Made by a program: the position numbers and the translations under genes. From positions 2,848,001 through 2,912,000 of the forward strand of contig OZ245838.1 in NCBI GenBank assembly GCA_965228735.1: a DNA stretch of 64,000 nucleotides, given 5' to 3'. How positions within the stretch are numbered: position 1 is the stretch's first letter; each line of letters starts with the position of its first letter. The notes under the pieces are model-generated. The model saw only the letters and a list, made by a program, of their open reading frames with translations. It was not told where the DNA came from and did not search any database. Positions 18,643 to 29,290 of the stretch are shown here, piece after piece. Source of the DNA: Planctomycetota bacterium. Its GTDB lineage: Bacteria > Planctomycetota > UBA1135 > UBA2386.

Positions 18643-21609
18643 ATGCGTAGATTCCTCCTCGCGAGCCTCGCGCTCGCGGTCTCCCCGCTCGCTCAAGAGC
18701 CGGGCAAGTTCCCCTCCCCGCAGCAGGCCTACAACCGCTTCCTGGAGCAGACTCCGGGTCGCTGGATCGCCCAGTGGCATCCCGCCACGGGCACGCCGAG
18801 CGCCATGTACGGCAGCGGCCTGCGCCTCGACGGCTGGAACGAGAACTCGCTCGAACACGCTCGCGGGCACGCGAACGCGCTGCTCGTGACCTACCGCGAC
18901 GTGCTCGGCCTCGGCACCTCGACGTGGCAGGAGAGCATCGGCGCGCGCATGGGCCGCACCTGGTCCTTCAAGTTCGACCAGTACTTCCGCGGGCTGCCGG
19001 TCATCAACGGTCGCGCCGACATCCGCATCAACATGCGCGGCGTCGTCGCGCAGATGGGCAGCGTCGCGGTCCCGGTCCCGGCCACGTTCAACATCACGCC
19101 GAAGGTCGCGGAAGAACTCGCGACGGCGCTGGCGTGGGCGAAGGCGGGCGACCCGACGGGTGCGCCGCAGCCCGGCACGATCGCAGCACCGCGCCTCGTC
19201 ATCTGGGGCAACACGGCCGCCGAGGACGGGGAACCGACCCACGCGCTCGCCTGGGAAGTGCCGATCAGCAACGTCGACATCACCGGTCAGGGCCCGATCG
19301 GACGCCACTACGTCGACGCGCAGACCGGTGCCCTGCTGCACTACGCCTCGGACAAGCACGAGTGCCACGGCACCATGTGCCGCAATGCGATCCATCGCGT
19401 CGCCCCTCCGGAGGAGACGGCCGAGACCGCGCTGCCGGTCCCGACGACGGTCACGGTCCAGGCGTGGACGCGCACGGGCAACGACGCCTACAGCGCGCTC
19501 GTCAACACCCCGCTGCAAGGCATCGTCATCAACGTTCCCGGCGTCGGGCTCCGCACGACGGACCAGAACGGCGAGTTCGTGATCGACATCAACTCGCCCG
19601 TCACGATCTCGGTCGGCCAGCTCAACGGCACGCACTTCGACCCGATCGTCGGCTCGAGCGCCCCGTCGGCCTCGGTGACCGTGAACCCGGGCGTCGCGGC
19701 GACGCTGCAGATCGGCTCGGCCGGCTCGTCGACGGCGCAGGCCGCGCACCCGACGTCGGCCTACTGGGTCGACCGCACCAACGAGTGGTTCCGTTCGATC
19801 CTCGGCAATAGCGCGCAGCTCAACGCGATCAGCAGCGTCGACATCGACGTCAACATCAACAGCAACTGCAACGCGTTCTACACGAACAACTCGATCAACT
19901 TCTACACGGCCGGCGGCGGCTGCGCGAACACCGCGTTCTCGACCGTCGTCGCGCACGAGTGGGGTCACGGCATCGACGCGCAGTACGGCGGCATCAGCAA
20001 CAACACCGGCGACGGCCTGAGCGAAGGCTGGGGCGACATCATCGGGATGTACCTCGTGGACAGCCCGCTGCTCGGCAGCGGCTTCCAGTCGCCGAACGTC
20101 GCGCTGCGTCGCGGTGACAACAACCGCAGCTACCCGCAGACCGGTGCTGGCGTGCACACGGCCGGCCAGGTCTGGATGGGCTTTGCGTGGCGTCTGCGCG
20201 AGAACCTGCGCGCCAGCTACGGGACCCCGACGGCGATCGCGATCTCGGACGACATCGTCATCACGTCGATCGTCGCCGACGCGACCAACCAGGTCGACGC
20301 GGTGCGCGAGGTGTTCATCGCGGACGACGACGACGGCAACCTGCTCAACGGCACGCCGAACTACAACGAGCTCGCCGCTGCGGCGGTCACCAAGAACCTG
20401 CCCTACCCGGAGATCCAGTTCGGGCAGATCAGCCACACGCAGCTGCCCAACACCAACATCCCGCTGACGCCGCGCAAGGTCGTCTGCACGGCGCAGGAGA
20501 TCCTGCCCGGCGCGATCACCGCGGTGACGATGCGCTACCGCGTCGGCAACGGCGCGCTGCAGACGCGCAGCATGTTCCCGACGGGCAATGCCGACGAGTT
20601 CGAGGCGCTGCTGCCGGGCGTGCAGGCCGGTGGCATCAGCTACTGGATCGAGGCGACCCATACGAGCACCAGCGGCAACAACACGATCCGGCTGCCCGCG
20701 ACGGGCGACTTCAGCTACAGCGTGGACGGCTCGTTCTCGCCGTTCTGGACGGACGACTTCGAGGGTGCGTCGCTCGGCTGGACGCACGCCCAGGTCCAGA
20801 CGCAGGATGACTGGCAGCTCGGCACGCCGACCGGCAAGAGCGGCACCAGCCAGGGCGTCTCGTGGGCCGACCCGTCGAGCGCGGCATCGGGCGCCAACTG
20901 CTGGGGCAACGACCTCGGCCCGACGGGCTTCAACGGCGCCTACCAGCCCAACGTCTACAACTACCTGCGGTCGCCGATCATCGACTGCACGGGCAAGTTC
21001 GGCGTCGCGCTGCGCTTCAACCGCTGGCTGACCGTCGAGGAGGCCATCTACGACCAGGCGACGATCCTCGTGAACGGCGTCCAGGTCTGGCAGAACCCGC
21101 AGAACGGGCAGTTCCGCGACACCGCGTGGACCCAGGTCCAGTACGCGCTGCCGATGGCGGACAACAACCCGAGCGTCCAGATCGAGTTCCGCCTGCAGTC
21201 CGACGGCGGCCTGCACCTCGGCGGCTGGAACATCGACGACATCGAGATGGGTGAAGTCATCCCGGTGCAGTTCGACGCCACGCTCGAGATGCTGCCGGAG
21301 CAGGTCGTGCAGAACGGCCAGATCAACGCGTTGATCACGACGGGTATGCAGGCGCAGCCGTTCATCCTCGCGATCGGCTCCGACGCCGGCCCGACGCTGT
21401 TCCCGGGTGTGCCCCCGATCCTCGTCGGCGGTCCCAACATCATCAGCCTGCCGGCGTTCTCCAACGCGCTCGGCATCTACAACTTCTCGTTCAACGCCCC
21501 GCCGGTGCCGGGCGTGACCGGGATCACCTGGTACAGCCAGGTGGTGACGCTCGACTCGACGTCGCAGATCGTCACGTCGAACCAGTTCATCAACTTGTTC
21601 ACGCAGTAG
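18643..21609 (+). CDS. Secreted zinc metalloprotease (M4/M36 gluzincin type) with propeptide and C-terminal domains
   Basis: Signal peptide, FTP-like FDQYFRGLPV, CNAFY, HEWGH, third-ligand motif LSEGWGD, VHTAGQVW. Confidence 0.9.
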   Translation: MRRFLLASLALAVSPLAQEPGKFPSPQQAYNRFLEQTPGRWIAQWHPATGTPSAMYGSGLRLDGWNENSLEHARGHANALLVTYRDVLGLGTSTWQESIGARMGRTWSFKFDQYFRGLPVINGRADIRINMRGVVAQMGSVAVPVPATFNITPKVAEELATALAWAKAGDPTGAPQPGTIAAPRLVIWGNTAAEDGEPTHALAWEVPISNVDITGQGPIGRHYVDAQTGALLHYASDKHECHGTMCRNAIHRVAPPEETAETALPVPTTVTVQAWTRTGNDAYSALVNTPLQGIVINVPGVGLRTTDQNGEFVIDINSPVTISVGQLNGTHFDPIVGSSAPSASVTVNPGVAATLQIGSAGSSTAQAAHPTSAYWVDRTNEWFRSILGNSAQLNAISSVDIDVNINSNCNAFYTNNSINFYTAGGGCANTAFSTVVAHEWGHGIDAQYGGISNNTGDGLSEGWGDIIGMYLVDSPLLGSGFQSPNVALRRGDNNRSYPQTGAGVHTAGQVWMGFAWRLRENLRASYGTPTAIAISDDIVITSIVADATNQVDAVREVFIADDDDGNLLNGTPNYNELAAAAVTKNLPYPEIQFGQISHTQLPNTNIPLTPRKVVCTAQEILPGAITAVTMRYRVGNGALQTRSMFPTGNADEFEALLPGVQAGGISYWIEATHTSTSGNNTIRLPATGDFSYSVDGSFSPFWTDDFEGASLGWTHAQVQTQDDWQLGTPTGKSGTSQGVSWADPSSAASGANCWGNDLGPTGFNGAYQPNVYNYLRSPIIDCTGKFGVALRFNRWLTVEEAIYDQATILVNGVQVWQNPQNGQFRDTAWTQVQYALPMADNNPSVQIEFRLQSDGGLHLGGWNIDDIEMGEVIPVQFDATLEMLPEQVVQNGQINALITTGMQAQPFILAIGSDAGPTLFPGVPPILVGGPNIISLPAFSNALGIYNFSFNAPPVPGVTGITWYSQVVTLDSTSQIVTSNQFINLFTQ

Positions 21610-21634
21610 ACCGGCTCGAACGATCGTTCGATCA

Positions 21635-21683
21635 GAGACCGCCGTGCTCTGGCCAGGAGGCCGGAGCACGGCGGTCTCCGTTT
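21635..21683 (+). terminator. Intrinsic terminator-like hairpin
   Basis: GAGACCGCCGTGCTCTGGCC-agga-GGCCGGAGCACGGCGGTCTC (20-bp stem with one G:U pair) followed by CGTTT, 25 nt after the protease stop. Confidence 0.8.
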
Positions 21684-21713
21684 GGGTGGTGTGAGTGAGT
21701 AAGGTGCTGCCCC

Positions 21714-23429
21714 GTGCCCACCGCGCGCACCGCCCTCCTGCTGTTCCTCTTCGGCCTCGCGCTGCGGCTCCTGTTCTGGGCCGCGACGGGCGACCGGGGC
21801 GACGCGTTCGCGGCCGCGTTCCAGGGCGACGCGCCGGTCTGGACCGAGCTGGCCGGCGCGGCGCACCGCGGTGAGGAGAACGAGCTGTTCAAGCTGCCGC
21901 TGCGGCCGCCCGCGATGCTGTGGCTCGTGACGTTGCTGTGGGACGGCAGCCCGGACGGTGCGTGGCTCGTGCGGTTCGTGTTCGCGGTGATGGGCGCGGC
22001 GATCGCGCCGCTGACCTGGCTGCTCGTGCGGCCCCACGTGAGCCAGGGCCGGGCGCTGTTCGTCGGCGTAACCGTGGCCGCGGCGAGTTCGCTGCTGCAG
22101 CTCAGCAGCGGGCCACACTCCGAAGTGCCCTACCTCGCCCTCGTGCTCGTGACGCTGCTCGATCAGCGCCGGCTCGCGACGGCGGACGGCAGGGCGCCGG
22201 TCGGGATCGTGTTCCGCTGGGGCCTGCTGCACGGCGCTCTGTGCCTGCTGCGAGCGGAGCACGCGCTCACGTTCCTGATGTTGCTCGGCGCGCTCGGATG
22301 GCAGCGTCGGACGCAGGGCGGTAGCGGGCGGACCGCGGTCATCGCGATCGGGAGCGCCGCCCTCGCGCTTACACCGTGGCACTGGATCACGTTCGATCGC
22401 ATCGACACCTACAATACGGCCGGCGCGCCACAGCTGCCCGCCGCGGGCCAGCGCATCCCGGGGCAGCTGCCGTGGACGGCTGATGCTCTCGCGCGCCTGC
22501 AGACCCTGCCCGCGTTCCAACAGGGCCCCACGTTCCAGTTCGTCAGCGCGACGATCCGACAGCGCCGCGGCCGGCAGGTCGACGCGCCGGACCTCGACGT
22601 GATTCGCGAGGCCTACGACTGCTGGCCCGAACCGATCCCGTGGTCGTTCGTGTGCGTCTACGGCGGCTTGAACTTCTTCCTCGCGAACACGCCGGAAGCC
22701 GACGGCGGGTTCTCGGGCGCGGCCCTCGACCGCGTGCCGCCGCTCACGGGCGGACCGACGCGATACCCGCCCGGGCTGGTGTCCGTGCTGCCACGATCCG
22801 GGACTCTCGTCCTCAGCTACCCGCCCCACCTCGACCGGCTCGTGCACGGCTACGCGCGCGGGTTCGAGGAGCTCGCGAACGACCCCGGCGGCGCGACCAT
22901 GCGCACGGGCAAGAAGCTCTGGCACGCGACCGAAGGCATGGCGACCGGGCTCGGCGGCTACGCGCTGCCGATCGGCATGTCCGGCACGCGGCGGCAGGTC
23001 GACCTCGTCACGGCGCAAGGTGCGTGGCCGACGATCTACCGCGCGCTGCTGCTGCTAGCCGCGGTCGTGGGCTGGTGGCGGCTGCGACGCAGTGAATTCG
23101 CGGGCGCGGACAACGACGAAGTGGCGACGAACGAAGAACCGTGGCGCACCCCGTGGCTCGCGTTCGCGGCGAGCAAGCTGATCACGGTGGCGCTCTTCTT
23201 CGGCTACGCGCGCCAGGGCGCACTGTGCGTGCCGATCCTCTGCATCGGCCTCGCCGGCTGCCTGCCGCGCACGCTGCGGCCACGAGCGGTCTGGCTGCTC
23301 GCCGGCGCGCTGCTCGCGATCGAACTCGTGAGAACCTTCATCACCGATGTCACGATTGCGCTGCCGAACGGCGAGCCGAGCACCCTGCCGCCGCACGATG
23401 TGGCGGAGGTCCTCGTCCGCTACGACTGA
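21714..23429 (+). CDS. Polytopic membrane protein, probable GT-C (ArnT/PMT-like) glycosyltransferase
   Basis: First TM ending LALRL, then GDAP..W, LRPP, SEVPY and LLRAE motifs with many TM helices. Confidence 0.65.
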   Translation: MPTARTALLLFLFGLALRLLFWAATGDRGDAFAAAFQGDAPVWTELAGAAHRGEENELFKLPLRPPAMLWLVTLLWDGSPDGAWLVRFVFAVMGAAIAPLTWLLVRPHVSQGRALFVGVTVAAASSLLQLSSGPHSEVPYLALVLVTLLDQRRLATADGRAPVGIVFRWGLLHGALCLLRAEHALTFLMLLGALGWQRRTQGGSGRTAVIAIGSAALALTPWHWITFDRIDTYNTAGAPQLPAAGQRIPGQLPWTADALARLQTLPAFQQGPTFQFVSATIRQRRGRQVDAPDLDVIREAYDCWPEPIPWSFVCVYGGLNFFLANTPEADGGFSGAALDRVPPLTGGPTRYPPGLVSVLPRSGTLVLSYPPHLDRLVHGYARGFEELANDPGGATMRTGKKLWHATEGMATGLGGYALPIGMSGTRRQVDLVTAQGAWPTIYRALLLLAAVVGWWRLRRSEFAGADNDEVATNEEPWRTPWLAFAASKLITVALFFGYARQGALCVPILCIGLAGCLPRTLRPRAVWLLAGALLAIELVRTFITDVTIALPNGEPSTLPPHDVAEVLVRYD

Positions 23430-23443
23430 GCGAGCATGCCGCC

Positions 23444-24205
23444 CTACCACATGACCTGCCCACCGCACTGACTCAGCGCCTGCCCGGTCATCCCCGAAGC
23501 CCCGTCCGAGCACAGCCAGACGACGTGGTCCCCGATCTCCGCCGGTTCGAGGATGCGGCCCAGCGGCACCATCGACAGCGCGGTCTTGCGCGCCTCCTCG
23601 TAGGTCGTGCCCATCCCCTCGGCCATGAGCTTCATGCCGTCGCGGGCCATCTCCGTTTCGACCCAGCCGGGGCAGATCGCGTTCACGGTGATCTTGCGGC
23701 CGGCGAGTTCGAGGGCGAGCGCCTTCGTCAGGCCGATGACGCCGTGCTTGCTCGCGCAGTAGGCGGTGTAGCCCGGAACGCCGAAGCGGCCGAGGACGGA
23801 GCTGATGTTCACGATGCGGCCGCCGTCGGGCAGATGGGACAGCGCGGCGCGGGTCGTGAAGAACACGCCGTCGAGGTTGGTGCGCACGATCGTGTCCCAC
23901 CGCTCCGGGCCGGGCAGCGCGCAGGCGTTGGGGCCGCCCGTGCCGGCGTTGTTCACGAGCACGTCGAGACCGCCGAGCAGCTCTGCCGCGCGGTCGACCG
24001 CGGTCTTGATGCCGGCCTCGTCGGTCACGTCGCCGGTCACGGCGACGGCCTCGTGACCGAGCTTGCCGAGGTGCAGAACGGTCTCGTCGAGCTTGTCCTG
24101 CCGGCGCCCGAGCACGGCGATGCGATGACCAGCCGCGGCGAGCCGCTCGGCGATGCCGACGCCGATCCCCGTGCCGCCGCCCGTGACGAGGCAACGCCGG
24201 CTCAC
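23444..24205 (-). CDS. SDR family oxidoreductase
   Basis: TGGGTGIG, NNAG, YCASK, ICPGWVET; GTGA overlap with elbB. Confidence 0.95.
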   Translation of the reverse strand: MSRRCLVTGGGTGIGVGIAERLAAAGHRIAVLGRRQDKLDETVLHLGKLGHEAVAVTGDVTDEAGIKTAVDRAAELLGGLDVLVNNAGTGGPNACALPGPERWDTIVRTNLDGVFFTTRAALSHLPDGGRIVNISSVLGRFGVPGYTAYCASKHGVIGLTKALALELAGRKITVNAICPGWVETEMARDGMKLMAEGMGTTYEEARKTALSMVPLGRILEPAEIGDHVVWLCSDGASGMTGQALSQCGGQVMW

Positions 24206-24882
24206 GACCGCACCTCCGCAGCAACGAGCTCCATGACGGCGTCGACGAGCTTGCCGATGCCGGTCGCGACGTCGTTCACCCGCGCGTCGTACATGTAGGC
24301 CGGCGTCGTCACGATGCGATTGTCGCGGTCGATGACGCAATCCGTCACCGCGCACTCCTCGTGCACGGCCCCGAGCGCCTCGAGGGCGCTCGCCGTGGCC
24401 GCGTCGTTGCCGATCGTGAGCCGTGGCTTGCTGCTCCGACCGAGCGTGAGCGCGACGAGCGCCGGCGCGATGCAGATCGCGCCGATCGGCTTGCCGGCCG
24501 CGTGCGTCTCCCGCAGCAATCGCGCGACCTCGGGGTGGGCGCTCCCCTCTGATCCCTTCGTCGCGAAGTCGCTGAGGTTCTTTGCCGCGCCGAAGCCGCC
24601 GGGCAGCACCACGGCGTCCACCGCGTCGGCCGTCATGAACTGCAGGTCCGTGATCTGCCCGCGCGCGATGCGCGCGGACTCGGCGAACACGTCACGGGTC
24701 GCGCCCGCTTCCGGCTGCCCCTTGCCGTGGTGGATCACGTCCGCCTGCGGCATCACGGGTGCGACGCACAGCGTCTCGACACCGTGCCGATGCAGGTGCA
24801 TGAGGGTCAGGACGGACTCGTGGATCTCGGATCCGTCGAGGAACCCGGCTCCGGAGAGAACGACGGCGACTTTGGCGGCCAT
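24202..24882 (-). CDS. elbB: ElbB/ES1 glyoxalase (DJ-1/PfpI superfamily)
   Basis: LSGAGFLDGSEIHE, ESARIARG, PGGFGAAKNL, CIAP, TTPAYM. Confidence 0.95.
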   Translation of the reverse strand: MAAKVAVVLSGAGFLDGSEIHESVLTLMHLHRHGVETLCVAPVMPQADVIHHGKGQPEAGATRDVFAESARIARGQITDLQFMTADAVDAVVLPGGFGAAKNLSDFATKGSEGSAHPEVARLLRETHAAGKPIGAICIAPALVALTLGRSSKPRLTIGNDAATASALEALGAVHEECAVTDCVIDRDNRIVTTPAYMYDARVNDVATGIGKLVDAVMELVAAEVRS

Positions 24883-24913
24883 GATCAGATCATGCCGCCC
24901 ACCGCGGGTCAGG

Positions 24914-26410
24914 TCACGAAGCGGTCGGCGCGTCCGGACCGACGCCGGCGCCCGCCGGCATGAGCTCGGCTTCCCTCTGCTGCTGCACCTCTTCGAGGAT
25001 GTCGAGCGCCGCGACGCGATAGGCCTCGGCCAGCGTCGGGAAGTTGAAGATCGACTCCACGAACATGTGGACGTCGTTGCCGTTGTTGATCGCCAGCTGC
25101 GCCAGGTGAATCAGCTCGGTGGCGCCCTCGCCGATGATCTGACAACCGACGACGGCCAGCGTCTCCGGGTGCACGACGAGCTTGAGCATGCCGGCCGTGA
25201 CGTTGGCGATCTGACCGCGCGCCAGTTCTTCGAACTTCGCGCGCCCGACGAAGCAGCTGCCGAAGCGCTCGGTCGCCTTACTCTCGTCGAGGCCGATGCT
25301 CGAGATCTCGGGGATCGTGTAGATGCCGGCCGGGATGTCGTCGCTGCCCTGCCCGCGCGGCAGGTCGAACGCGACCCGCACGGCGCGGCGGCCCTGCTCC
25401 ATTGCCGCCGATGCGAGCGCCGGCGGGCCGATCACGTCACCGACGGCGAAGATGTGCGGCACGGCGGTCCGACAGTCCTCGTCGACCTTGATGTGGCCGC
25501 GTTCCGTCATCTCGATGCCGGCCGATTCGATCTGCAGGCCATCGAGGTTGGCGACCCGGCCGAGCGCGAACAGCAGCTTCTCGCTGCGGATCTCCTCGCC
25601 GTTGTCGAGCGTCGCGATCACGTTCTCGACGCCGTCCCAGCGCACCTCGGTCGCGCGCGCGCCGCCGATGTAGCGGCAGCCCTCGTGCGATTCGAAGGCC
25701 TGCACGAACACGTCCAGGATCTCCGCATCGAGGAACGTGAGCGGCCGCGGCGCCCGATCCACGATCGTGACCTCGACGCCGAGCGACGCGAAGATCGTCG
25801 CGTATTCGCACGCGATGACGCCACCGCCGAGCACGCAGAGCGACTTCGGCCGGTAGGCCATGCTCAGCACCGAGTCGCTGTCGAGCACGTGCTCGTGATC
25901 GACCGGCACGTCGTCGGGCGTGCGCGGGCGTGAGCCGGCCGCGATCACGATGACCTCGCCGCGCAGCATGCGCATCTCGCCGTAGATCGCCTCGACGAGC
26001 ACGGTCCGCTGATCGACGAAGCTCGCGCGGCCGTGGATCTGCTCGATGCCGTTGCGCTCGAGCTGCCGGCCCATGTAGCCGACGTGCGCCGTCACGACCC
26101 GTTCCATGCGATCCATTAGGCTCGCGAGCTGCAGGTCGGGGGGCACGTCCACGTCGATATGACGGCCCATGCGCGCCCGGAAGCCCTGCACGTAGGACGC
26201 CGATTCGCGCAGCGTCTTGCTCGGGATCGTGCCGCGATGAACGCACGCGCCACCGACGCCCTTGTCGCGCTCGACGACACACACGCTCTTGCCGGCCTTG
26301 GCGGCCTGCACGGCAGCCTTCTGGCCCGCCGGCCCGCTGCCGATCACGACGACGTCCCACAGCTCGGTGCCGTCGTCGCCGATCGTCGGCCCTGATACTC
26401 GATCGGTCAT
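24914..26410 (-). CDS. sthA: Soluble pyridine nucleotide transhydrogenase
   Basis: IGSGPAGQKAA, GGACVHRGTIPSKTLRE (single Cys), GIYTIPEIS, FNFPTLAEAYRVAA. Confidence 0.93.
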   Translation of the reverse strand: MTDRVSGPTIGDDGTELWDVVVIGSGPAGQKAAVQAAKAGKSVCVVERDKGVGGACVHRGTIPSKTLRESASYVQGFRARMGRHIDVDVPPDLQLASLMDRMERVVTAHVGYMGRQLERNGIEQIHGRASFVDQRTVLVEAIYGEMRMLRGEVIVIAAGSRPRTPDDVPVDHEHVLDSDSVLSMAYRPKSLCVLGGGVIACEYATIFASLGVEVTIVDRAPRPLTFLDAEILDVFVQAFESHEGCRYIGGARATEVRWDGVENVIATLDNGEEIRSEKLLFALGRVANLDGLQIESAGIEMTERGHIKVDEDCRTAVPHIFAVGDVIGPPALASAAMEQGRRAVRVAFDLPRGQGSDDIPAGIYTIPEISSIGLDESKATERFGSCFVGRAKFEELARGQIANVTAGMLKLVVHPETLAVVGCQIIGEGATELIHLAQLAINNGNDVHMFVESIFNFPTLAEAYRVAALDILEEVQQQREAELMPAGAGVGPDAPTAS

Positions 26411-27267
26411 GCCATCCCCTCGGAGACGAGTTCGGCTCGTTCCTTCATCGCGAGCAGCTCGTCGAGCTGGTCGGCGTACATGTTCAGCCCCTCGAGCACC
26501 TCGTGCTGCTGCAGGTCCTCGAGCCGGACCTCGTCGTAGAACTCGCTCGGCGACAGGTGCGTGGCGATCCCGTCCGCGAGGCAGACGGTCATGGCCATGT
26601 CCTTGAACGACTTCGCGTTCTCCCAGTCGTGGTGCAGCGCGATCGCCTCCTGGATCTGATCGGGCAGCTGCCATTCCTCGGCGAGCATCTTGCCGGCCGC
26701 GAGGTGTTGTTCGGTGACGGCCGCGAGCAGGTCCTCGGTCCTGATCTTGAGGTCGCGATTGCCGACGAGGCGATCGACGCTGTCGAGCAGCACGGCCTTG
26801 CCGATGTCGTGCAACAGGCCGCACATGAACGCGGTCTCGACGTTGCGCCGGCGCATGCGCGCGATCTCCTTCGTGTAGAACCCCGTGAGCACCGAGTGGC
26901 GCCAGAGTGCCCCGAGCAGTTCGGCGCATTCCGGGTTGCCGAACATGCGGCCGCGAACGGAGACGGCCATCGAGATCTCCGTGATGAGCTGCAGTCCGAG
27001 GCGGCTCACCGCCTGCTGCAGCGAAGCGACCGGCACCTGACCCGCGTAGGCCGCCGAATTGGCGACGCGCAGGACCTGCGACGCGATCGTCTGGTCGTTG
27101 TGGATCACGGACGACAACTTCTCGGCGTCCGTGTCTTCCTGTTGGCACAGGTTCATCACCTCCGCCGCGGTCCCGGGCATCGTCGGCAGCTGCAGCTGCT
27201 TCTCGGCGATCTTCCGGGCAAAGATCTGAGAGAGGTCGGCAGTGGCGATACTCATCGCCCCGTTCAT
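26407..27267 (-). CDS. HDOD domain protein
   Basis: LPTMP, DQTIASQVLRVANS, AVSRLG, LWRHS, GLLHDIGK, AIALHH; start at 27267 or 27255. Confidence 0.93.
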   Translation of the reverse strand: MNGAMSIATADLSQIFARKIAEKQLQLPTMPGTAAEVMNLCQQEDTDAEKLSSVIHNDQTIASQVLRVANSAAYAGQVPVASLQQAVSRLGLQLITEISMAVSVRGRMFGNPECAELLGALWRHSVLTGFYTKEIARMRRRNVETAFMCGLLHDIGKAVLLDSVDRLVGNRDLKIRTEDLLAAVTEQHLAAGKMLAEEWQLPDQIQEAIALHHDWENAKSFKDMAMTVCLADGIATHLSPSEFYDEVRLEDLQQHEVLEGLNMYADQLDELLAMKERAELVSEGMA

Positions 27268-27376
27268 CGGCACTTCCGCACCCGACCCCAACAGGGATTC
27301 CACCACCCTCCCGCTACCGCCCACGGCGCGGGTTGCACAACTGCGCTCCGCCGCGAGAATGTCCGGTCCGCCCGCG

Positions 27377-29272
27377 ATGCTCCTCGCCCCCACCCGTTCC
27401 CTGCAACGCGCCCTGCGCATTCTGGCCACCGCGGCGACCGTGACCGCGCTCGCCGCGCCCGGCGTGGCGCAGCAGCCCGCGGCATGGGCGACGAAGGCGA
27501 TCCCGGGGGGCGTCGATCCGACGCGGATCGACGGGCGCGGCAAGCTCACGACCTACGACGCGGGCACCGAGCTGCACGTGTTCTCGGCCGTCCACCGGCG
27601 CTGGCAATCGCTGCCGAAGTCGCCCGGTGCGCCGCTCCGCATCATGAACGACTGCCTGCTCGTGATGGACGGCACCACGTGGACGGCGTTCTCGAGTTAT
27701 GCGGGCCGCTTCGAGCCGCTGACCGTCGGTGCCAGCGCGCAGCTCGTGAACCCCGGCTCGCAGAAGAACGACTCGATCCTGCTCGTCGACGACGGCGCTG
27801 CCGCGCACGCGTTCAGCTGCTTCACCGGGACCTGGACGACGCGCGCCCTGCCGCCGACTACGGGTTTGTCCGTAGAGCGCCACGTCGCGCTGCTCGCGGA
27901 CGGCGCCAACGTCAGCGCGTTCGACGGGTTCACCGGCACGTTCCACGACCACACGCTGCCGCAGCCGGCAACCGCCCTCGACTGCGGCGGCACGGCCGGG
28001 CTCGCGCTCGCGGCCGGCACCGTGCACGCGTTCTCGGCCCACCACCGGACATGGACGAGCCACGCGCGGCCGAACGGCACGCTGCTCGCGCGCGGCGACG
28101 ACTGGGCGCTGTTCTACGACAGCAACCAGATGGTCGGGTACAGCGCGCTCGAGGGGCGCTTCGCGACGTTCCCGGTCGGCGCGACGAACGTGCTCCTCCA
28201 GCGCGACCTGTTCGGCATCGTCGATACCACGGTCGGCCCGATCGCGTTCTCGGCAGCGCGCACGGCCTTCACCCCGGGCGTCGGCCCGAGCACCGCGACG
28301 ATCCGCGCGGGCAACGCGACGGCGATCCTCAGCGATGCGGGGCAGGTCACGGCCTACAGCGCGGTGACCGCCACGGCCGCGACGCTGGCGGCGGCCTCGA
28401 CCGCCGAAGGCGTCGGTGACTGCATCGCGTTCGCCGTCGACACCGCGACGGGATCGCCGTGGTGTTTCTCGGGGCTCACGGGCACGTGGCACCAGGCACC
28501 GGTCGACACCGTGCCCGGCCCGCCGCAGGCGACGGCGACGTCGATCCTGCTCGCGGCGACGAACGGCGCCTACGCGTTCACGGCCAGGAGCGCGACCTTC
28601 GTGCCGCTGGCCCGACCGGGGCTCGCGCTCATCGGCAACGACCAGAGCTCGGTCGCCGCCGCGTGGGACGCGACGCACCTGCACGCGTTCGACGCTCGTG
28701 CCGGGCTCTGGCGCAGCACGCCGCGCACCGGCACGACCGCTCCCCTGGTGCAGATCTGGCGCACGGCGATGTTCCTGCTCGACGGCTCGACCCTGCACGG
28801 CTTCGGGAGTCAGGACGGCACGTGGAGCGCGCTGCCCCTGACGCAGAACTACCAGTTCGGCCGCGCCAACTCGGAGAGCAGCCGCGTCGCCACGGCCAAC
28901 GCGCTGCACGCGCACGCGGCCGTCCCGATGACGATGGCGCACGCGCAGTTCCCCGAGTTTCGCAGGCCGCAACCGACCGGCACGAGTGCGCGATTCTCGG
29001 TCGCGCTGCCGGGCGGCGGCGTCGCGGTGTTCGCCGGCGGCATCTTCGCCGGCAGCACGACGACGATTCCGGGTCTCGGCGCGCTCCACCTGCAGAGCCC
29101 GCTCGCGACCGTGCTCGGCACGGCGTCGGCACCGACGGAACGCGCGACGTTCGAGTTCCCCGTCCCGAACGTCCCGACGCTCACGGGCACGCAGCTCGGT
29201 TTCCAATCGCTCGCCCTGCCGACGCAGGGCCCCACCTACCTCACCGACGCGACCGGCCTCTACGTGCTCTGA
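27377..29272 (+). CDS. Secreted beta-repeat hypothetical protein with C-terminal domain
   Basis: Signal peptide; about 12 repeats of a (H/A)AFS..TGTW-like unit; start approximate. Confidence 0.8.
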   Translation: MLLAPTRSLQRALRILATAATVTALAAPGVAQQPAAWATKAIPGGVDPTRIDGRGKLTTYDAGTELHVFSAVHRRWQSLPKSPGAPLRIMNDCLLVMDGTTWTAFSSYAGRFEPLTVGASAQLVNPGSQKNDSILLVDDGAAAHAFSCFTGTWTTRALPPTTGLSVERHVALLADGANVSAFDGFTGTFHDHTLPQPATALDCGGTAGLALAAGTVHAFSAHHRTWTSHARPNGTLLARGDDWALFYDSNQMVGYSALEGRFATFPVGATNVLLQRDLFGIVDTTVGPIAFSAARTAFTPGVGPSTATIRAGNATAILSDAGQVTAYSAVTATAATLAAASTAEGVGDCIAFAVDTATGSPWCFSGLTGTWHQAPVDTVPGPPQATATSILLAATNGAYAFTARSATFVPLARPGLALIGNDQSSVAAAWDATHLHAFDARAGLWRSTPRTGTTAPLVQIWRTAMFLLDGSTLHGFGSQDGTWSALPLTQNYQFGRANSESSRVATANALHAHAAVPMTMAHAQFPEFRRPQPTGTSARFSVALPGGGVAVFAGGIFAGSTTTIPGLGALHLQSPLATVLGTASAPTERATFEFPVPNVPTLTGTQLGFQSLALPTQGPTYLTDATGLYVL

Positions 29273-29290
29273 TTCGCGCCGGTCCGTTGA

